Notes: a model not told the origin generated them from the sequence alone. A DNA stretch of 64,000 bases from Moniliella sp. 'wahieum' (GCA_003971905.1 RSEE01000049.1:372001-436000), one strand, 5' to 3'. Positions 37,414-51,874 are shown, counted from the stretch's first letter. Numbers and translations are program-made.

Positions 37414-39468
37414 TCAAGGGGTAGGATCGGTTCTGAAAAGAGAGGGGGTCAAGGGACGGTAATGGTGAGCCATACCAACGCGCATCACTATAAGGTAGTA
37501 GTTATTGCCGTCGGATCTGCAACTTGATACACTTAATGGAACACCGTGCCGCGTCCCCGTCGGTTGCGACCGTGCTGGCGCAGTACAGTTGGTGTTCGCC
37601 TTGTGCTTGTTGAAGGCCAAAGGGTACGTTTGTGCCTGTAAGGCCTTGGGCAAGGCGGAGATATAGGGACCAACGGCGCGCGAAGGCGAACTATTGCTGT
37701 GGCTTGCGTTCCGATTGGCCGGCAGGGCATTCGCCTGGCTTGCAACGTGCGGCAAGGGGACAGAGCGGGGCGCGAAGCCTTTCTGTTGCAGTTGGAACGG
37801 GTGGCCCTCGGTGTTGAACACGACCTGGTTCAAGTCGGCCGTGCTGGCGTCGGAAAACGTGAGGTAGAGGTACTTGTACAGTTCGGCATAGGCAAAACTT
37901 TGTTCTTCGTTCACCTGGCCGCGGCGGGAGAGCGCACGTCGTTGATCCCGACCAGACCGTCCTTGAGGCCGACTTTAGGCTTGCACGCGCTTTCCAGCGC
38001 TTCAAAGGCGGCCCAGGCAATCTCTTGCCATTTAGGATCCAGCGTTGCGCGCCACGCATAAAACACCGATTCGAGCACCTCTGGACGCAGCACATAGTCT
38101 GCCATCGAAATCGAGAACCCCCACTGGTCAAATTCCGTTTGGTTGAGCGGAGTGGAAGGGACGTGGTAGGAGCCATTGGCAAAGCGGTAGGTGAACACTT
38201 CCGGTCCCAGCCCCGTCGGCGTCCGGGCATAGGTCTGCGCACACGATTCCGTCACCTCCAATCCGAATGCAAGCAGGGACTGGCTGCCTAGGATCTTGCC
38301 GCCCAAAATCAAGTTGCCACCCACAAAGCATTCGAGGTGCGAGCCTAGCGAGATCAACCCGCCTTGGCTCGGGTCGTAGTCAGCGAGGAAAAGGAGGTCG
38401 GGATGGTGCTGCGGGACAGTAGCCAGCACGCCTACTGTACTTTCACCGTGTCGATCCAAGTATCTATGTAGGCTCCTGACGAGTTGCCCCAACAGTACGC
38501 CGTCTTGAGCAGGTACTCAAAAAACGAGTCGGACCCCCCGCCCCAGGTCATGTAACTATCGGTGGCGGTATTACTGGCAGGATCGATGCCTTGGCCAAAG
38601 AAGCCTTTGGGTCGGGGGTTCATGGTTTGCCGGCTGGTGATGATGGCCTGCATGGCCTTTTTCGCATACGCTTCGTACGTCCCATTGCGCGTGTGTTGGC
38701 TCAACTTGGTCCATTCCAACACGATCGTCCCGGCCTGCGCAATCCCTTGGCCATCCGATTTGTCTACCGTCACAGTCGTGTTCCAGTTCAGCAAGGAGTT
38801 CCACGGAATGTCCTGTCCTTCGACCCTAGATAGCATGCATGGGTCAGTGCCAAAGAAGTACCTTGGTAGTGCTTAGTGCTAGTCGGGCTCGACCGAACAC
38901 GCTGACATAAAATGAGAGCATCCACCAAGCCAAGAAGAAAGGATGTGCCACGTACCAACCACCCAGCAACTTATCTGCCACGCGGGCCGCCTGTTCAATC
39001 AGACCAAATCGCTTGGCCCCGTCCAACTCGTAGGCACTCACCAAGCCGGCAACATACCGAATGTTGGTCTCGAACAAGGAGATCTTGGTCTGACGTTCGT
39101 ACCAAAGTCAATGTTCAGAGCCAAGTTGATCAATTGTTCGCCTGCTCCGTCTGGCCCATAACGAACGCGGGTGGAAATCGCATCAACTGCTGTGGCGCCC
39201 CAATCGCCATACAGGTCGGCAGAAAGGCTGCTGCCATTCGACGTTAGTGCGTCCAGCTCGTCCCCTGGCCAGGCGTAGTGGAGGTAGGCTTCCAGGTTGG
39301 CAGAGAAGGCTTGTTGGATTCGTTGTGCACGCGAGGCGGCCAGAGGCGTAGATGGTAGGAGCTGTCAAACGCTCCGTCGGCCACTACCTTGGGCAGATGG
39401 AGCAGGGCAAAGGCACCGCCCCAAATGAATGTACGCATGGGGGCCTTCCCAGAGCGGATGAGGACCAT
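37414..39468 (-). CDS. Glycoside hydrolase family 47 alpha-1,2-mannosidase with N-terminal signal/anchor and at least one intron (about 38850-38953)
   Basis: WGATAVDA, FETNIRYVAGLVSAYEL, AGTIVLEW, WGGGSDSFFEYLLK, HLECFVGG, TPTGLGPE, YVLRPEVLESVFYAWR, QSFAYAELYKYLYLTF and VFNTEGHP. C-terminal end uncertain. Confidence 0.93.
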
Positions 39469-40761
39469 GTAAAAGGATCGTGGGTAGGGGGAGGGGGCGG
39501 TGTTGGTGAGAGAAAGAACGTGGAGAGGAGGGGGGCGAGGACAGTGCGGATGCAGGTGGTGTAGGAGAGGGACTGTGCAAGGGCAAAGGGGAGGAAGCGA
39601 TGACAAACAACGCGAAGCGCTGTGTGCACTGTTTATGTAGCAGAGCCTTGTTCAGTGGCGTCTGTTGGGTGGGATTGGCAAGCAAATCAACGTGGCGCCA
39701 ACCAGGTCGCGCACTTTGCCGAAGAGAGCCACAGCCACGCAGCGGGAAGACGCTGTGGGGTCGCTCTACCACGGCCAATCGGAGGCTCTGACCAAGATGC
39801 AGTGGGGGATGGATGCTCTAGAAAAGATGATAAGTGTGGCCGCGCCACATCATTAATCATTATCGGCCTGATTAAACTGATTGATGATCATCGATCATCT
39901 CGATCTCACGTACGTCGGTTTCCTATTAATACGCAATGCAGCCAGGCCGTCGATCACGTGGGCCCCATGCGGACGTTAGGGTGTGTCGATCAGGTCGATC
40001 AGGTCGTTGGGATCGATGATTGATTGCGTCCTCCCTCGAGTCGTTAGCGCGTAAGTGCTGATCTCCCCACCTGTTACCTCATCCCATGCATGCGCCCCAC
40101 TGCACAGCAGAAGCGCACAAAGGGGAAGGTGGGGTAAAGGCGCAGATAGTGCCTCGTCGTGCGCTCAGCGCTCATGCAGCTCTTCGTGCAGCTCACGCCC
40201 TCTCGCATCATGTTCATACGCCGCGCCCCCTCTTTGCCCGTGCATCTTATTTTCTCAGCAAGCAAGCTGCATGCCTCTCCAACGGCCAACGTCCAACGTC
40301 CAACGGACAACGTCCAACGTCCAACGGACAACGTCCAACGGCCAGCATGCAACATGCACCCCCTGTGTACCCCCTCCACCCGTCCCCGCCCCCTGGCAGG
40401 TGCTGCTGGCCGCTTGCTGGCCGGCCACGGCGCGCTGTCTGGGTGTGCGCTACTCCTTTCCTGGGTCGGCAGCATCGCCCTATCTTCTCCTGCAGCCAGA
40501 GGCCAGAGGCGGCAAGCAGAATGGTGCCCGGTGCTTGCCTGCCGCAAGCCACACGTGATGTCTGTGTCACATGTTACATGTCACGTCCCGTCACATGTCC
40601 AGTCACATGTCCATGGCCTGTCGCCACCCTAGTCACAGTGACTAGTGCCTAGTGCCTACAGTGCCTGGCCGATTCGGTAGGTCCAATTATACGAGGGAAA
40701 GGGTCCAAGAGCGTAACAAGGGAAGAGTTGAACTTGAACGTTGATGGACGTTGGGCGTTGG

Positions 40762-40818
40762 AGCTTGAAGCTTGAAGCTTGAAGCTTGAAGCTTGAAGCT
40801 TGAAGCTTGAAGCTTGAA
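40762..40818. repeat. (AAGCTTG)n heptamer tandem array, about 7-8 copies
   Basis: Read directly: gcttgaagcttgaagcttgaag... Confidence 0.9.
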
Positions 40819-41359
40819 GGCTGGGTTATAGAGGATCAAGACGAAGAAGGAAGTGCGTCAATCAACAGGGAATGGCAAGTGGTTCGGGAGGATGAGGATG
40901 AGAACGTTCGTATCTAATGAACCGAGACGTTCGTATAAATGGGAAGAGAGTGGGGGATTATGAGAATGGGAACAATAATACATCAAACGCGGACGCATGT
41001 GGCTTGAGTTCCCCAGCCCTGATTCATCTCTCTCTCATCATGCATCACGACATCTCGTGTGTGGGAGCCAAATGTGGTTGGGGGTCAGGAAGAATGTACA
41101 AGGAGGGATGGGATGAGCTGGACAAGGGGGGATGCGTGGAGGAGGAGTGAGGAACGTTGAACGAGGCGAACGGAAGAAACCAAGGAAAAGGAAAAAAAGA
41201 AAAAAAGGAGTGGTGGTTGTGAGGCTACAGTGAGGCGCCCACACGTGCAAGGTCATATATCATACAGAGAGCTGCACCCGCCCCTGGGGACTGTGGGACA
41301 CATTGCCCCCAGAGGGGTCTTGAGCAGCAAGCGGCGTCGTAACCATTTCAATGGTGGGC

Positions 41360-42897
41360 TCAAAAGACAAACGTGGGCAACGTCTGGGCAATCAAATCCC
41401 TCTGTTCGTCCGTTAAACTTTCCCGCGCCAAGTGGCACTTGAGGTGTCGGTGACAATCGTGTTTGCGACTAAAGCGATCGTGGCACAGAGGACACTTGAA
41501 CGGTCGTCGACGTTTGTGCACATCCAAGTGTTGGCGTAGGTTAGATTTCCGCTCAAACGCCCTTCCACACGTCGAACATTCCACGGCCGTTTGCCCTCCT
41601 GACCAACACCTGTACCAACCACTGCCGCCGGACTGGACTTGGCCCGGGAGCGTCGGCGTCGGCGCGATGCGCCCACAGACGGAGGCTTGCCTACCTCTTC
41701 GGTTGCTCTTCCTCGTCGGCGTGGGAAGATGGTCGCCCAGAGAGGGGGGGTCTTGCTGCTGCTCGAACTGGGTGCATGGGCCGGGCCGGGTGGGTATTCG
41801 TGCGATGGCGGGCACGCGGGCCAGGTTCCGTCTGGTCAATACTCGGACGGCACGCATGGGGCGTCGGCGTAGTCGTTGGGTTGAGCGGAGGGAGAGGGTC
41901 GGAAGAGTGCGGCGGCAAGAAAGAGGGCGGATCGGGAGGATTGGCCATGTCCTTGGCCTTGGCTTTGGTCTTGTCCTTTTGGGACAACATGATGCAGTAC
42001 ACGTCGCGCATCGCCTTGGCTGCCTCGTCGAGCATCGGCGCGGTAGAAGGGTGCTTCCCCGCAGGCAATGTGGGCCCAGCGAGCGGGTCACGCAATTGGA
42101 CGGGAATGGGAAGCACCTTGGTCACCGTCTTATTAGTTTCGCTCATCTCCTCCATCTCCACCATGCCCGCAGGGATGACGAGCCCACTTGGTACCGCACA
42201 ATTCCGATCCTCATCCCATCCCATCATCTTCCGTTTCCGGATCTGTTTCCGTTTCCGTTTCTCTTTCCCCGTCCCGGTCCCCAGTCACGTCCATATCAAC
42301 ATCAACGTGGGTGTTGGCAGTGATAGCGTCCTCAAACCACTTGGATCCACTGCTGGGCGTGCGAATCAAGCTGGAAAAGCCCGGGTGGTAGGAACTTCCT
42401 GTGCTTCGCCTGGGCCTGGATCCGACTGGGGCGGGCTGCAATGGGGCAGGTCGAAACGGGAAGAGGAAAAGAGGGGCAGAGGTTGGGTCGGGTAAGGGGA
42501 AAGCGCAGAGCAGGTCAGTCCCGTCCCGCTTGGAAGAGAATAGAGCGAGCTAAGAATCAAATGGTGACCCGATAAAGTGGTGGTGGGGCAGGGCGCGCAT
42601 CCACCCGCCTGATGGGCCGTAGGAAAAGCTCGGGTCGAGCATGGCGTCAAAGGCGAACGGGCCGGGGTGGGTGGAATGCAGGTCGAGCGGGGCAGGGTGG
42701 GAGGAGGCGTTCATCTCCTGCGGGGGGGAGAAGGCGAGGGCAGCAGAGAGGGCGTTGGGCCACAGGGAGGGGTAGTCGATTATGCCCTGGTCGCCGAGGA
42801 GCGAGGAGGGCTCGGCAGGGGCGGTGGAAAGGGTGGTGGCGGTTGTGGCCGGAGGCGGGGGCAAGAAGGGCGAAGAAGCGGTGGTGGAAGAGGGCAT
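41360..42897 (-). CDS. C2H2 zinc-finger transcription factor (two C-terminal fingers)
   Basis: VECSTCGRAFERKSNLRQHLDVH-KRRRPF-KCPLCHDRFSRKHDCHRHLKCH. The P/S-rich N-terminal region is stitched across frameshifts. Confidence 0.82.
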
Positions 42898-44594
42898 AGC
42901 CGGCAAACGGTGCAGAGGAGAGTGGCCGGGAAACAACGACGGGACAATAGCGGTGAATGCGGCTGTCGGTGGCAGGTTGGATGTATGCCAGCAGCAGGAG
43001 GCGGAGGCGGATGAGGGAGTGGAAGGGGAGGTGGAGGCGGGCAAGCGACAGGGTGCGGCGAGGCCCGCGGTAGAGGAATCAATCTACACGTGTGCGCCGA
43101 TAGAGCGGGAAAACTCGGAGTGGGCCTTGTTTCGCTTCTATATGCTGAGAGAATGCCGCTCGGTGGAGTGAGGGTGAGGGTGAGAGGGGGGGCGGCTGCA
43201 GGGTGTGGGAAGAGGCGTGGGCTAAAAAAGACACAGAGAGACACAGGCGTGGGTGGCAATGCGAGCGAGCAGCAAGCGGCGAGTGCACGCAGCGCCAGCG
43301 GATGTGGGACGGCGAATATACATCGCATGTCGAGTATGTGTGCGCACTCTTCGAGCACCGCACGGCACCGTGAATGTTCAGACGCTGTTCCTGCCTGGGC
43401 CTGGCCGGTGACCCTTCGTTTGCACAGAGCGTGGGGGTGGCTACGCAGCGCCTGGTGCGAGTGCGATGCTGCCTACGACTGACGCTCTGTGACCAACGCC
43501 CTGCCACCGACGCTCTACAGCCTACGCGTCGCTTGAAGCTTGCAGAGCAGTCTATCTCCGCGGCAGGGAGGCTGCTGTCAGACGCACGCCAACCACCAAA
43601 ACGTCCTAAAGAACATAAGCGAACATCGATCGGACCACACTGCTAGCAGGTGGTGGCAGGCCGCGGCTCTGGGAGCTCTGGGTAGCGAGGTATAGCCAGT
43701 AGCCTGTCGCTGGTAGCTGTGGGTAGAGGTCAAAAGGTTGCCCACATTGGCGTGTGGCGGAGTATGAACGCGTGACGCAGCCGATCACAGTGGCACCGAG
43801 CCTCGCCAACCCCCAAACCCACCTCTCCTTTGGCGCGCACTCCCGACGACATCCAGGGGCCAACAAGTGGGAGAGGACGGGCGTACGTATACATGGTGGT
43901 GATGGCAGGGTGACATGGTGACATATTGACAGCCCTCGGGCCTCACTTACATATGTGTTTCTCAGCATCATTGCAGAGCCAGCATGCGTAGCCAGCATGC
44001 ATAGCCCAACAGCGCCCACCCAACGGCCTCGCTGCGTGGCTCACGATCTGGCTTTCGACAGAGGGTCGACAGGGACCACAAACGCCTCGAAACTCGAAGA
44101 AAAAAAACGGCGCGTGGGAAGAGAGAGGAAGCAATACAAGCTTTTCCATCTCTCTTGAGGCTCGAGAGGGGGCTTGCATCCTAAACTCCTTCTGCGCATC
44201 ACTACAGTCGCCCTCTTCTCTTTGGCTCCGCTATGCATATAGTTCGGTGGTAGATACATACCATACCACCCTCTCCTACTGCTCGCTGTACTCCAACGCA
44301 ACAAGCTCGGGGCTGAAGCCTGAAGCTCTAAAAAGCTTATTCAAGGAAAGAAATATGTGTGTTCTGGTATGTATATGCACCTGTGACATGTCATGCATCA
44401 CATATGATACACCATACATCATGCATCATGTGATGAACTTTTGTGGTATGTGGGGCATTCGGCAGGAGATCTCTTTGGTGTGGTAAGAGATCGATTTTCA
44501 GTGATGAGTACAGATAACACACTGTCGCCCGTCTCGTCTTATAAATTAGTGCACTTTTCCCCACGCTGCAACACCTCACTTTTTCATCTCTCTT

Positions 44595-44666
44595 GTTGCC
44601 ACATTCTCTCCTTGCCACATTCTCTCTTGCCACATTCTCTTTGCCACATTCTCTCTTTGCCACACG
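44595..44666. repeat. Minisatellite of 15-17 bp units (TTGCCACATTCTCTC), about 4.5 copies
   Basis: Read directly. Confidence 0.85.
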
Positions 44667-47600
44667 CCCTCACTCTCCCGGCAATCCCAAACCCACATAC
44701 GGAGTCCCATCAATTAATGCCTCAAAAAGAAAGGCATATATAGATCCGAGCATGTGTCTCCTTCCCGGTTCTGCGATAGAGAGAGCAACCGTCCAGAAGG
44801 TACAATCAATATTAGACGCTACCCATAGGCGAGATGTATGGGTGTTGGGGACCGTGCACCTGGCGCCTGGGTCTAGAGCACATCCTCAGCGCACCAAATT
44901 CAACCGTTCGGAAGCACGTTCAAAGTACTCAACGCCGACCCAATCGCCTCACAACCGAAATTCCCCGCATCTGAATGATTGATGCGTTGTTGAACGTTGA
45001 TCTGCTTGATTGTTGCCCTCTCTCTCAACAGTGTGATGATCAATACATGGTTCCGCAAGAACCTCAGCTAATAAATGGCATAGGACTGCCTGTCAACGTA
45101 GTGATATAGCGAAAGTCTCTGCAAGTAAAACGGAGGAACGTGCGCAATGTAGCAATGGATGACGACCTGTGTCAAAGATGTAGCCAGCACACCCATGACC
45201 AACGGGGGTACTTGTGCCACGTGATTGGTCAGTCTTCTTCAGTTGATAGCGTACCTACTCAGAAGGGGTTCGTTTCCTCTTGTAAGTATAGCAACGCCTG
45301 TATTTGCCTCTCTTCACCTCCACCACTTGTATCTCGCACCCGCTTCAATATACTCGAAACTCCTCTCTCTGCTTTATCCGTTATCTGCATCGTAAAGCCC
45401 GTTGTCTCGCTTGTGTTCTGACGTATACTTGCGTTCGCTACAGTACAACTGCACGTCCAATAAACCTCTGTCGCAGAGAGTCTGCCAGTGTGTACAGGCC
45501 TACTGTAGTAGTACTGTACAGCCCGACGGGGGGCACCAGCCATAACGCACCTTCTTGTACCATGTATCTCATGTAGAGTTTGGAAGCGATGAGGGAGAGA
45601 CGGAGGTCCTCTCCTCAGCTGATAAAGGGGTCCACACTCTGCTGTTCGGCCGCCGGAGACGAGGAGCGCCCAAGTGCGAGCGGGGATGGGCGAGTGGGTA
45701 GATCTGCAGCGGCGCAAAAAAGGGGGCCGCAGAGGCGAGGGGCATTGAACGTGGACGTTGTGAACATGTGAACGTTGGACATTTGGATATGCAATAGGGC
45801 ACCGCGGCGGTGGGGGGGGACTCGGAAGAGGTGGCAATGGGCCCAGCGACAAGGATGCCGAGTTGACGGCCACGCAAGCTTCAAGCGTTAAAAAGGAGAC
45901 CGTGAGGTGTGACGTGTGACGCGAGGGTTCAGCTGAGCTGAACGCTGAGCGCCCCGGTGAGCCTCAGCGCGCCCTCAGCGCACCCCAGCGCGTCAGCCCC
46001 AATTCCTGAGGTCGGGGCGGGATGTGTTTTAGCAAATTGGGTGTGGGCAAATCCTTCTTAGTAGATTTTTGCCGCATCTCTCGTTGATTAGGGTCTCATC
46101 GTTGGTTCCTGAGGGATATTTTCCCGAGGGGTCAAGCATGCGGGGCGAGCGCCAAGGGACGGATCTGTGCGTCAGTACGTTAGCGGTCCGGTTTGCCTTT
46201 TAATATATCACAAGAGGACCCCTACTGTGGGGTAATGCAATACGGCGCTTCCTGTCTGTATTATTTTACCGTGTGCATATTATGTCTTGGGGGGTGGCCG
46301 GTGGGGTGGAAGAGATTGCCAAGTTGGCGCCATACTAGCCTCACCAACAGAGTACAGGGGGACCCTCAGCACCACGTTTTGTGCCCACAGGCGCGCGCAG
46401 CCTCCTCATTTCATCCTTTTCCCTTTTGCTTCTCTCTCTGTTCCACAGTAGCTTCTTGTCTCCTTACCACCACCACGCTCTTCACTCTACTTGTAACTGT
46501 GTGGCCTCCCGGGCGATGACAACCTTGCCTGACGAGCCAGAGGGGTGACTCCCTTTGTGCCCCCGTCGGGCGAGGTTGTCATCGCCCGGGAGGCTACACC
46601 GTTACACTACTACTCGTCGTACCCTCGTTCTCGTTCATGGCTACTACCGTACCATTCGCCCTCGATTACTTTTTGTGCATATCGCGCGTCGAATAGAGTC
46701 GCCTGCATTCACGGCGCAACAACGCCCCCCCCCACCGTCAAATCCACAGCACAATCTCTGCGCTGTGACGTCAATATTCAAAGCCCCACGAAGTGTGAGC
46801 CTGACATGGAGGGCGCCGATGTGTTGCTCTCCATCGCCTTCCGTTCGCCCACTGGCACCTCTTTGCTATACGGGGATGAGTGGTAATATATAGTACTTGC
46901 CTTTTCCCACTAAGGATGGGGGTATTGCTCTTGAAACTCTCTTCTTTTTGTCGATTCCCGCGTTGCTGGTCAAGTGCAGAAGGGATGTCTCCCTTTGATT
47001 TTAGATGGTACGGTGTGGCGGTGCCCAACGTGGCAATGTTGTGCCGTGGGCTTAACACCAGCAACACACTCGGCTGGTGTTGTAAAAGTACTAATCAGGC
47101 CAGACACGATATAATGAGCGGTATGGAAGTGTCGCGCGGAGAGAAGAGGATGGTGGTGGCGGTCACACGCCACGCGAGGGAGAGAAGGACACGAAGGCGA
47201 GGCGCGCGCGCACGCATGGGCTGTGCCCGCTGCGCATGCTGCGGCCGCCTGGGGGCAAGCTACCTATCTACGTTGTACGACACTGGCCGCAATATGGTGC
47301 CTGCCGAAAATCCGCGTCTTCCTCCTAAGCAACACGCCTGGCCAAAGTGCCGAGAATGGTGGTCACGTGCCTGTTTTCGGCCGCTGCGCGCAAGGGAACT
47401 GGCAATTGTGGTTGCCTCGCAGTCTCCTCGCAGCCCGCACCCGCCAATGTCGTTTCGCAGCCCAGCAATAATGCCTAACGGCTGTGGGCCAGGCCTTCTC
47501 GTTTCTTCATCGAACCGAGGCGACGCAAGAGGGGAAACGATACAGTGAGGAGCTAACCCACGCGCACTCTGGCTTCCTTCTCTACGCTCCTACGTTACGC

Positions 47601-47741
47601 CAATACCACCGCCGGTCTCCCACCGCAGGCCGGTGGTGGTGGTGGTGGCGCCGCCCAGCTGCTAGCGTATATATAGGAACACTGCTCCGAGCAAGTATTA
47701 CTTCCACCCCCATCATCTAACGCCTCCCCCATCCATCCACT

Positions 47742-48784
47742 ATGGCTACCAGTCCCACCCCCTCCGCCGCAGCCACGCCCAGCCACGCCAGTCTGGTGGT
47801 CAACGAGGTCTTCATTGCCGTTTACGCCTTGGTCTTCTTGGGCGCTTTGTTCAACGTGTTCAGACATGGCATTTACCGCAAGGTCGGGTTCATTTTCCTG
47901 CTTGTCTTTGCGACCTGTACGTCACCCCTCTTCACCCACCCCCTTCACCCGCCCCCATCCGTGCTTCTTCGTACCAATTCTGACGACCTACTGCTTTCTC
48001 ACCATTAGGTCGACTGGTCGGTAACATTCTGATGATTGTGGCTCATGGAAACCACTACCACAACAGTGGAATCATCATTGCGGGTTCGGTTCTGCAAAAC
48101 CTTGGGTACACTTGGATTATCCTTCCGACCTTGATCTTTTACTTGCACGCGACCGAGCCAGACGCGGCCCTGTTCTCGGGAAAAGGCCTTATCAAAGAAC
48201 TGGCGGGAGGAATTCTGATCAGCTTGTTCACTGGTCACTTCCACCTCTTGCTCGTCAAGATCCTCCATGCTCTCAACGTACTTGGCCTGATCCTGCTCAT
48301 TGTCGGGTTCACCAGCATGTCCTTCCCCTTTACCCACTTGCCCGTCACCGCCCGCGCGGGGGATGTGATCTTGGCCGTGGTGACGGGCTTGATCATTGCG
48401 CTGACAGTGTGGCAACTCGTCATGGGACCATCTCGTGAACAGCAACAGTCCATGACAGCATCCCGCCAGAAGGAGCGTACGATGCTGCTCTGGTTCATTG
48501 CAGCTGCCTTGCCCTTCATGGCGGTGCGTGTGGTGTACGTGGCGATCAAGGCGTTTTCCTCCGGCCCGATCTCGGGCTCGGTCGCGGTACGAACGGTGCT
48601 GGAGTACGTGATGGAGATTGTGGCAGTGAGTGTGTATTTGGTCATGGGCGTCATGATTAATGCTGCTGGTACGAGCGATTATTGTGATGATCGCCATTTG
48701 TACGACCATGACTTGGAGGAACGCGGAGATAGCGTCCAGCTGGTGAAACATGACACTCATGAAGCACCAGGCTACCCCGCTTAA
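47742..48784 (+). CDS. Fungal multi-pass (about 7 TM) integral membrane protein of unknown function, intron at about 47917-48008
   Basis: Hydrophobic helices: FIAVYALVFLGALFNVFRHG..., GFIFLLVFAT|CRLVGNIL, and a late ALPFMAVRVVY...YVMEIVAV motif typical of DUF7702/RTA1-like proteins. Confidence 0.75.
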
Positions 48785-49408
48785 CACATCTTTTCCGTGG
48801 TGGGGACGACCCACATACTGCGGCAGGATCATTTCGAGTACGAAATGCCACTGCTTGAAACAGGACATTTATCCCCCCCCCTCTTCCCCTCCTCTTACCA
48901 TGTGTCCTTGACTCGGCAATCGAATCTATGTACTCGCGAAGGCGTCTGTTTCATCAGGTATCTTGCCCTCCAGCCATATCGTAAGGGGGTACACAGAAAT
49001 AACAATCAACAATCATACTACAGTACGCTGTCTCAGGAAGATAGCATGCAATACACTTGCTAACTGACTTGTGGGGGGAGATTAGAGGATGATAGAGGGT
49101 AGACGCATTTTCGGTCATATCGAGGTCTGTGGATTGAAGGTACATTCACTGGGGGCGCAGCTATTGAGCCTTTTTATTAGTATGCCCACTGTCGAGGGTA
49201 GTGAGGGTAGTGAACTGAACATTGCCCCTCGCGGTACGCAGATAAGGAAAGAGGGCACACTGATTGGGTCCCATAACAGGGGGGGCAGAAGCGTCAGCTA
49301 CTCGCCCAGAGGGCCGTGGCTGGTATTACCGCAGATACGTTATCGCGGCACGCACTGGGGGGGAGGAAGAAGGTCCATGAGGAAAAGATAAGAGGAAGAT
49401 GGAGGGAA

Positions 49409-51874
49409 TCACAATGAGGAGGCGCAAAAGGAAGTTCGGAGAGGCCCCAGGCCTCTCTTAGGCCCAAAGGAACGTGATCCACTTTTTCCACGCTGGCTGT
49501 GGGGGATCGGGGGGTTCGGGTTGTCGACAAATTGGATGAGCCAAGGCCGGATGGGCACCTCGGAAAGGGGAGTCCAGTCCCATCCGCTCCAGATTACCTG
49601 GTACCCAACCAACAGGGCCAGATCAAACAGCGGACACGCATATGCAGACACGAGTGTTTCCGCTTTGAAGTGGTGGGGGATGAAAATAGAATAGCCACCG
49701 GTAAGAAGAAAGAGCACACACCCAATCAGCCCAAACCAGGCTGTGTACGGTTGTCCCCACGTCGCCCATGGTAGCTCGGAACGAGGGATGGATTGGCTGC
49801 GCATGCCATAGTACACTTGTAGGCAATTGATGTTGATCACGCCCCAGGTCCAGAGGATGCCAGACGAGCTAAAGGACACGGCCCACTGGAACACTTTTTC
49901 TGCCGTCTCTGTGACTGACATGTAGGACATGGCAATCCACATGCAGATAAACAGCACCGCCACGTACGGAACGCCCCACCGATGCACCCGTAAAAAGATC
50001 TCGGGTGCGTTCCCATCTTGAGCGAGGCAAATCAGGCTGCGGGAACCGTTGAGGATCAGCGAGTCGGCCGCGGACCAGGCCGAGATGAGAATGCCGGCGT
50101 TGATCACCGACTCCAACCCTTTCCACCCGGCGCGATGGGCGGCGACAACAAAAGGGGATCGAGATGTGATGAGAGGGTCGTTGGACGCAACCACCAACCC
50201 AACAAAAAAGCAAATGCTGAGGTAACAACAGAAAATCCGTACAAACACACGTTTCGTTGCCTTTCTCATGCCTCGCCGGGGGGTGCTGGTCTCGGCCACC
50301 AGCAAGGAAATGGCTTCGCAATTGGCATATGAGTAGAGACTGGCAATCGTAGCACTCCAGTACCCGGCAAACCGTCCGGCCGATCCACTTACAATGTGTT
50401 CCGCCGTGGGCCCTGGGTCGTGCCAAAAGTGGAAACCAAGACGTGGGCCAGCACCGGCACCGAGGTCAATGCAGAGGCACACGATGATGATGCCAATAAC
50501 CATGATCAGCTTGATTAAGGCAAAGTAGAACTCGGTCTCGGCCCAGGCTCGTACCACTAGACCAGGTCAGCACATCCATCCCTCCATCCATCCAACCACC
50601 CACTCCCTTCCCCACGTTAGAAAAAAGTGCGTACCAAAAATGTTGGTGGCGACAATGGCCAAGCCGAGGATGGTGACAAAGATGGCGGGAGACAGATCGG
50701 TCCAGAACTGAATCAGAACGGCACAACTGGTCACCTCGCCCGCACAGGCAATCGCATTGTAGATCACTAGGTTCCAGCCTGTTGCAAAGCCCAAACTGGA
50801 GGAACTGAACACGGACGAGTGACGGGCATAAGCACCAGTAACTGGGGCTAGTGTTGTGACCTCCCCCAACGACAACATGGTCGCTGCCACAACCAGACCG
50901 AGGTAAGGTAAGCAAGCAGAAGCAAGAGCGGACCACACCATGAGAGTGTCCTTCCTAGGTTGAGCCATACCCCCACCCCAATCGTCCCTGTCAAAGCGAT
51001 CATTTGCACACTGCACCCGAAGAAAGCAACGGCCAGAGTCCTAGGTTAGCCACATTTGCAAAATGCATGTCGGAAGGGAGGAAGGGTAGAAGGGACGCGT
51101 GACACAGCAGAGGAGGTAAACGTACTGTCGTTGTTGGACGCCAGTCCTCAAGCCATCTTCACGGAAGAACTTGTCGCGTGCAGGCGAGTCGACACGGGTA
51201 AGGTCGCCATAATCCTTCTTGGGACCCGCATAGCGGTCCACGGTATCCTCCCAAGCTTGGCCAAGCGGGCTCGGAGCAGAAGAGGGCCCCGCTTCTGGCT
51301 GGCCTCGCTCCAGATCAAAGGGAGTCTGAATGGGACCATGCAGTTTGACTGGCGAGAGCCACGTGTCGCTTTCGGCATTGACAGAGCGTTTGTCCGACTC
51401 GGTGTAATTCGGCGGCTCGAGGGTCATCGATAGAGATTTCATGCGGGACGCGTTGGTCGGGCTGCGCCACAGAGGCGGCTCGGTCTCCTCGTGCTCGGGG
51501 ATGGTCTCAAACCCCGTGTAGTTCTTTTCGTACTCGTGGGATAGAGGCAGGTGAGGGTTTTGGTCCAGCCCACGCGAAAAGGGAGGGGGGACCCCTGCGT
51601 TGTACCCATACCCTTCGGTGGTGAAAGCCAAGGGGGGGAGATGGGCTTGCGACGGATCGGGTTGAGCGAAGTGGGTTGAGGGCGCAAGTTCGGACAGGTC
51701 AAGCTCGAGTTGCTCAGGATGGTCCAGGTGCTCATCCGATGGTCCGGGGTGGGGTCGTGCGGAGCGGGCCTTGGAGCACCGCGAGCGGGAAGGCGCCCTG
51801 GAAGGGGCGGGCGGGGTGCCAAAGTCAGCCGCCGTGTCCCGACTGCGGCGGCGGAAGCGGGGCAGGGTGGGCAT
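49409..51874 (-). CDS. Amino-acid permease (APC superfamily, yeast amino acid transporter family), several introns
   Basis: LRTGVQQRQ, MLSLGEVTTLAP, SLGFATGWN, AETEFYFALIK, LGFHFWHDPG, AETSTPRR, SPFVVAA, VINAGILISAWSA, SRSL..LAQDGNAP and WGVPYVAV. Confidence 0.9.

Noticed and set aside
44595..44666. Repeat array as a possible CRISPR
   Set aside because: The units are contiguous with no unique spacers, the context is eukaryotic, and there are no cas genes.
44430..45110. RTGATGA box-C-like words at about 44430, 44501 and 45034 as possible C/D snoRNAs
   Set aside because: No suitably spaced CTGA D box or terminal stem is visible. An Rfam scan would be needed.
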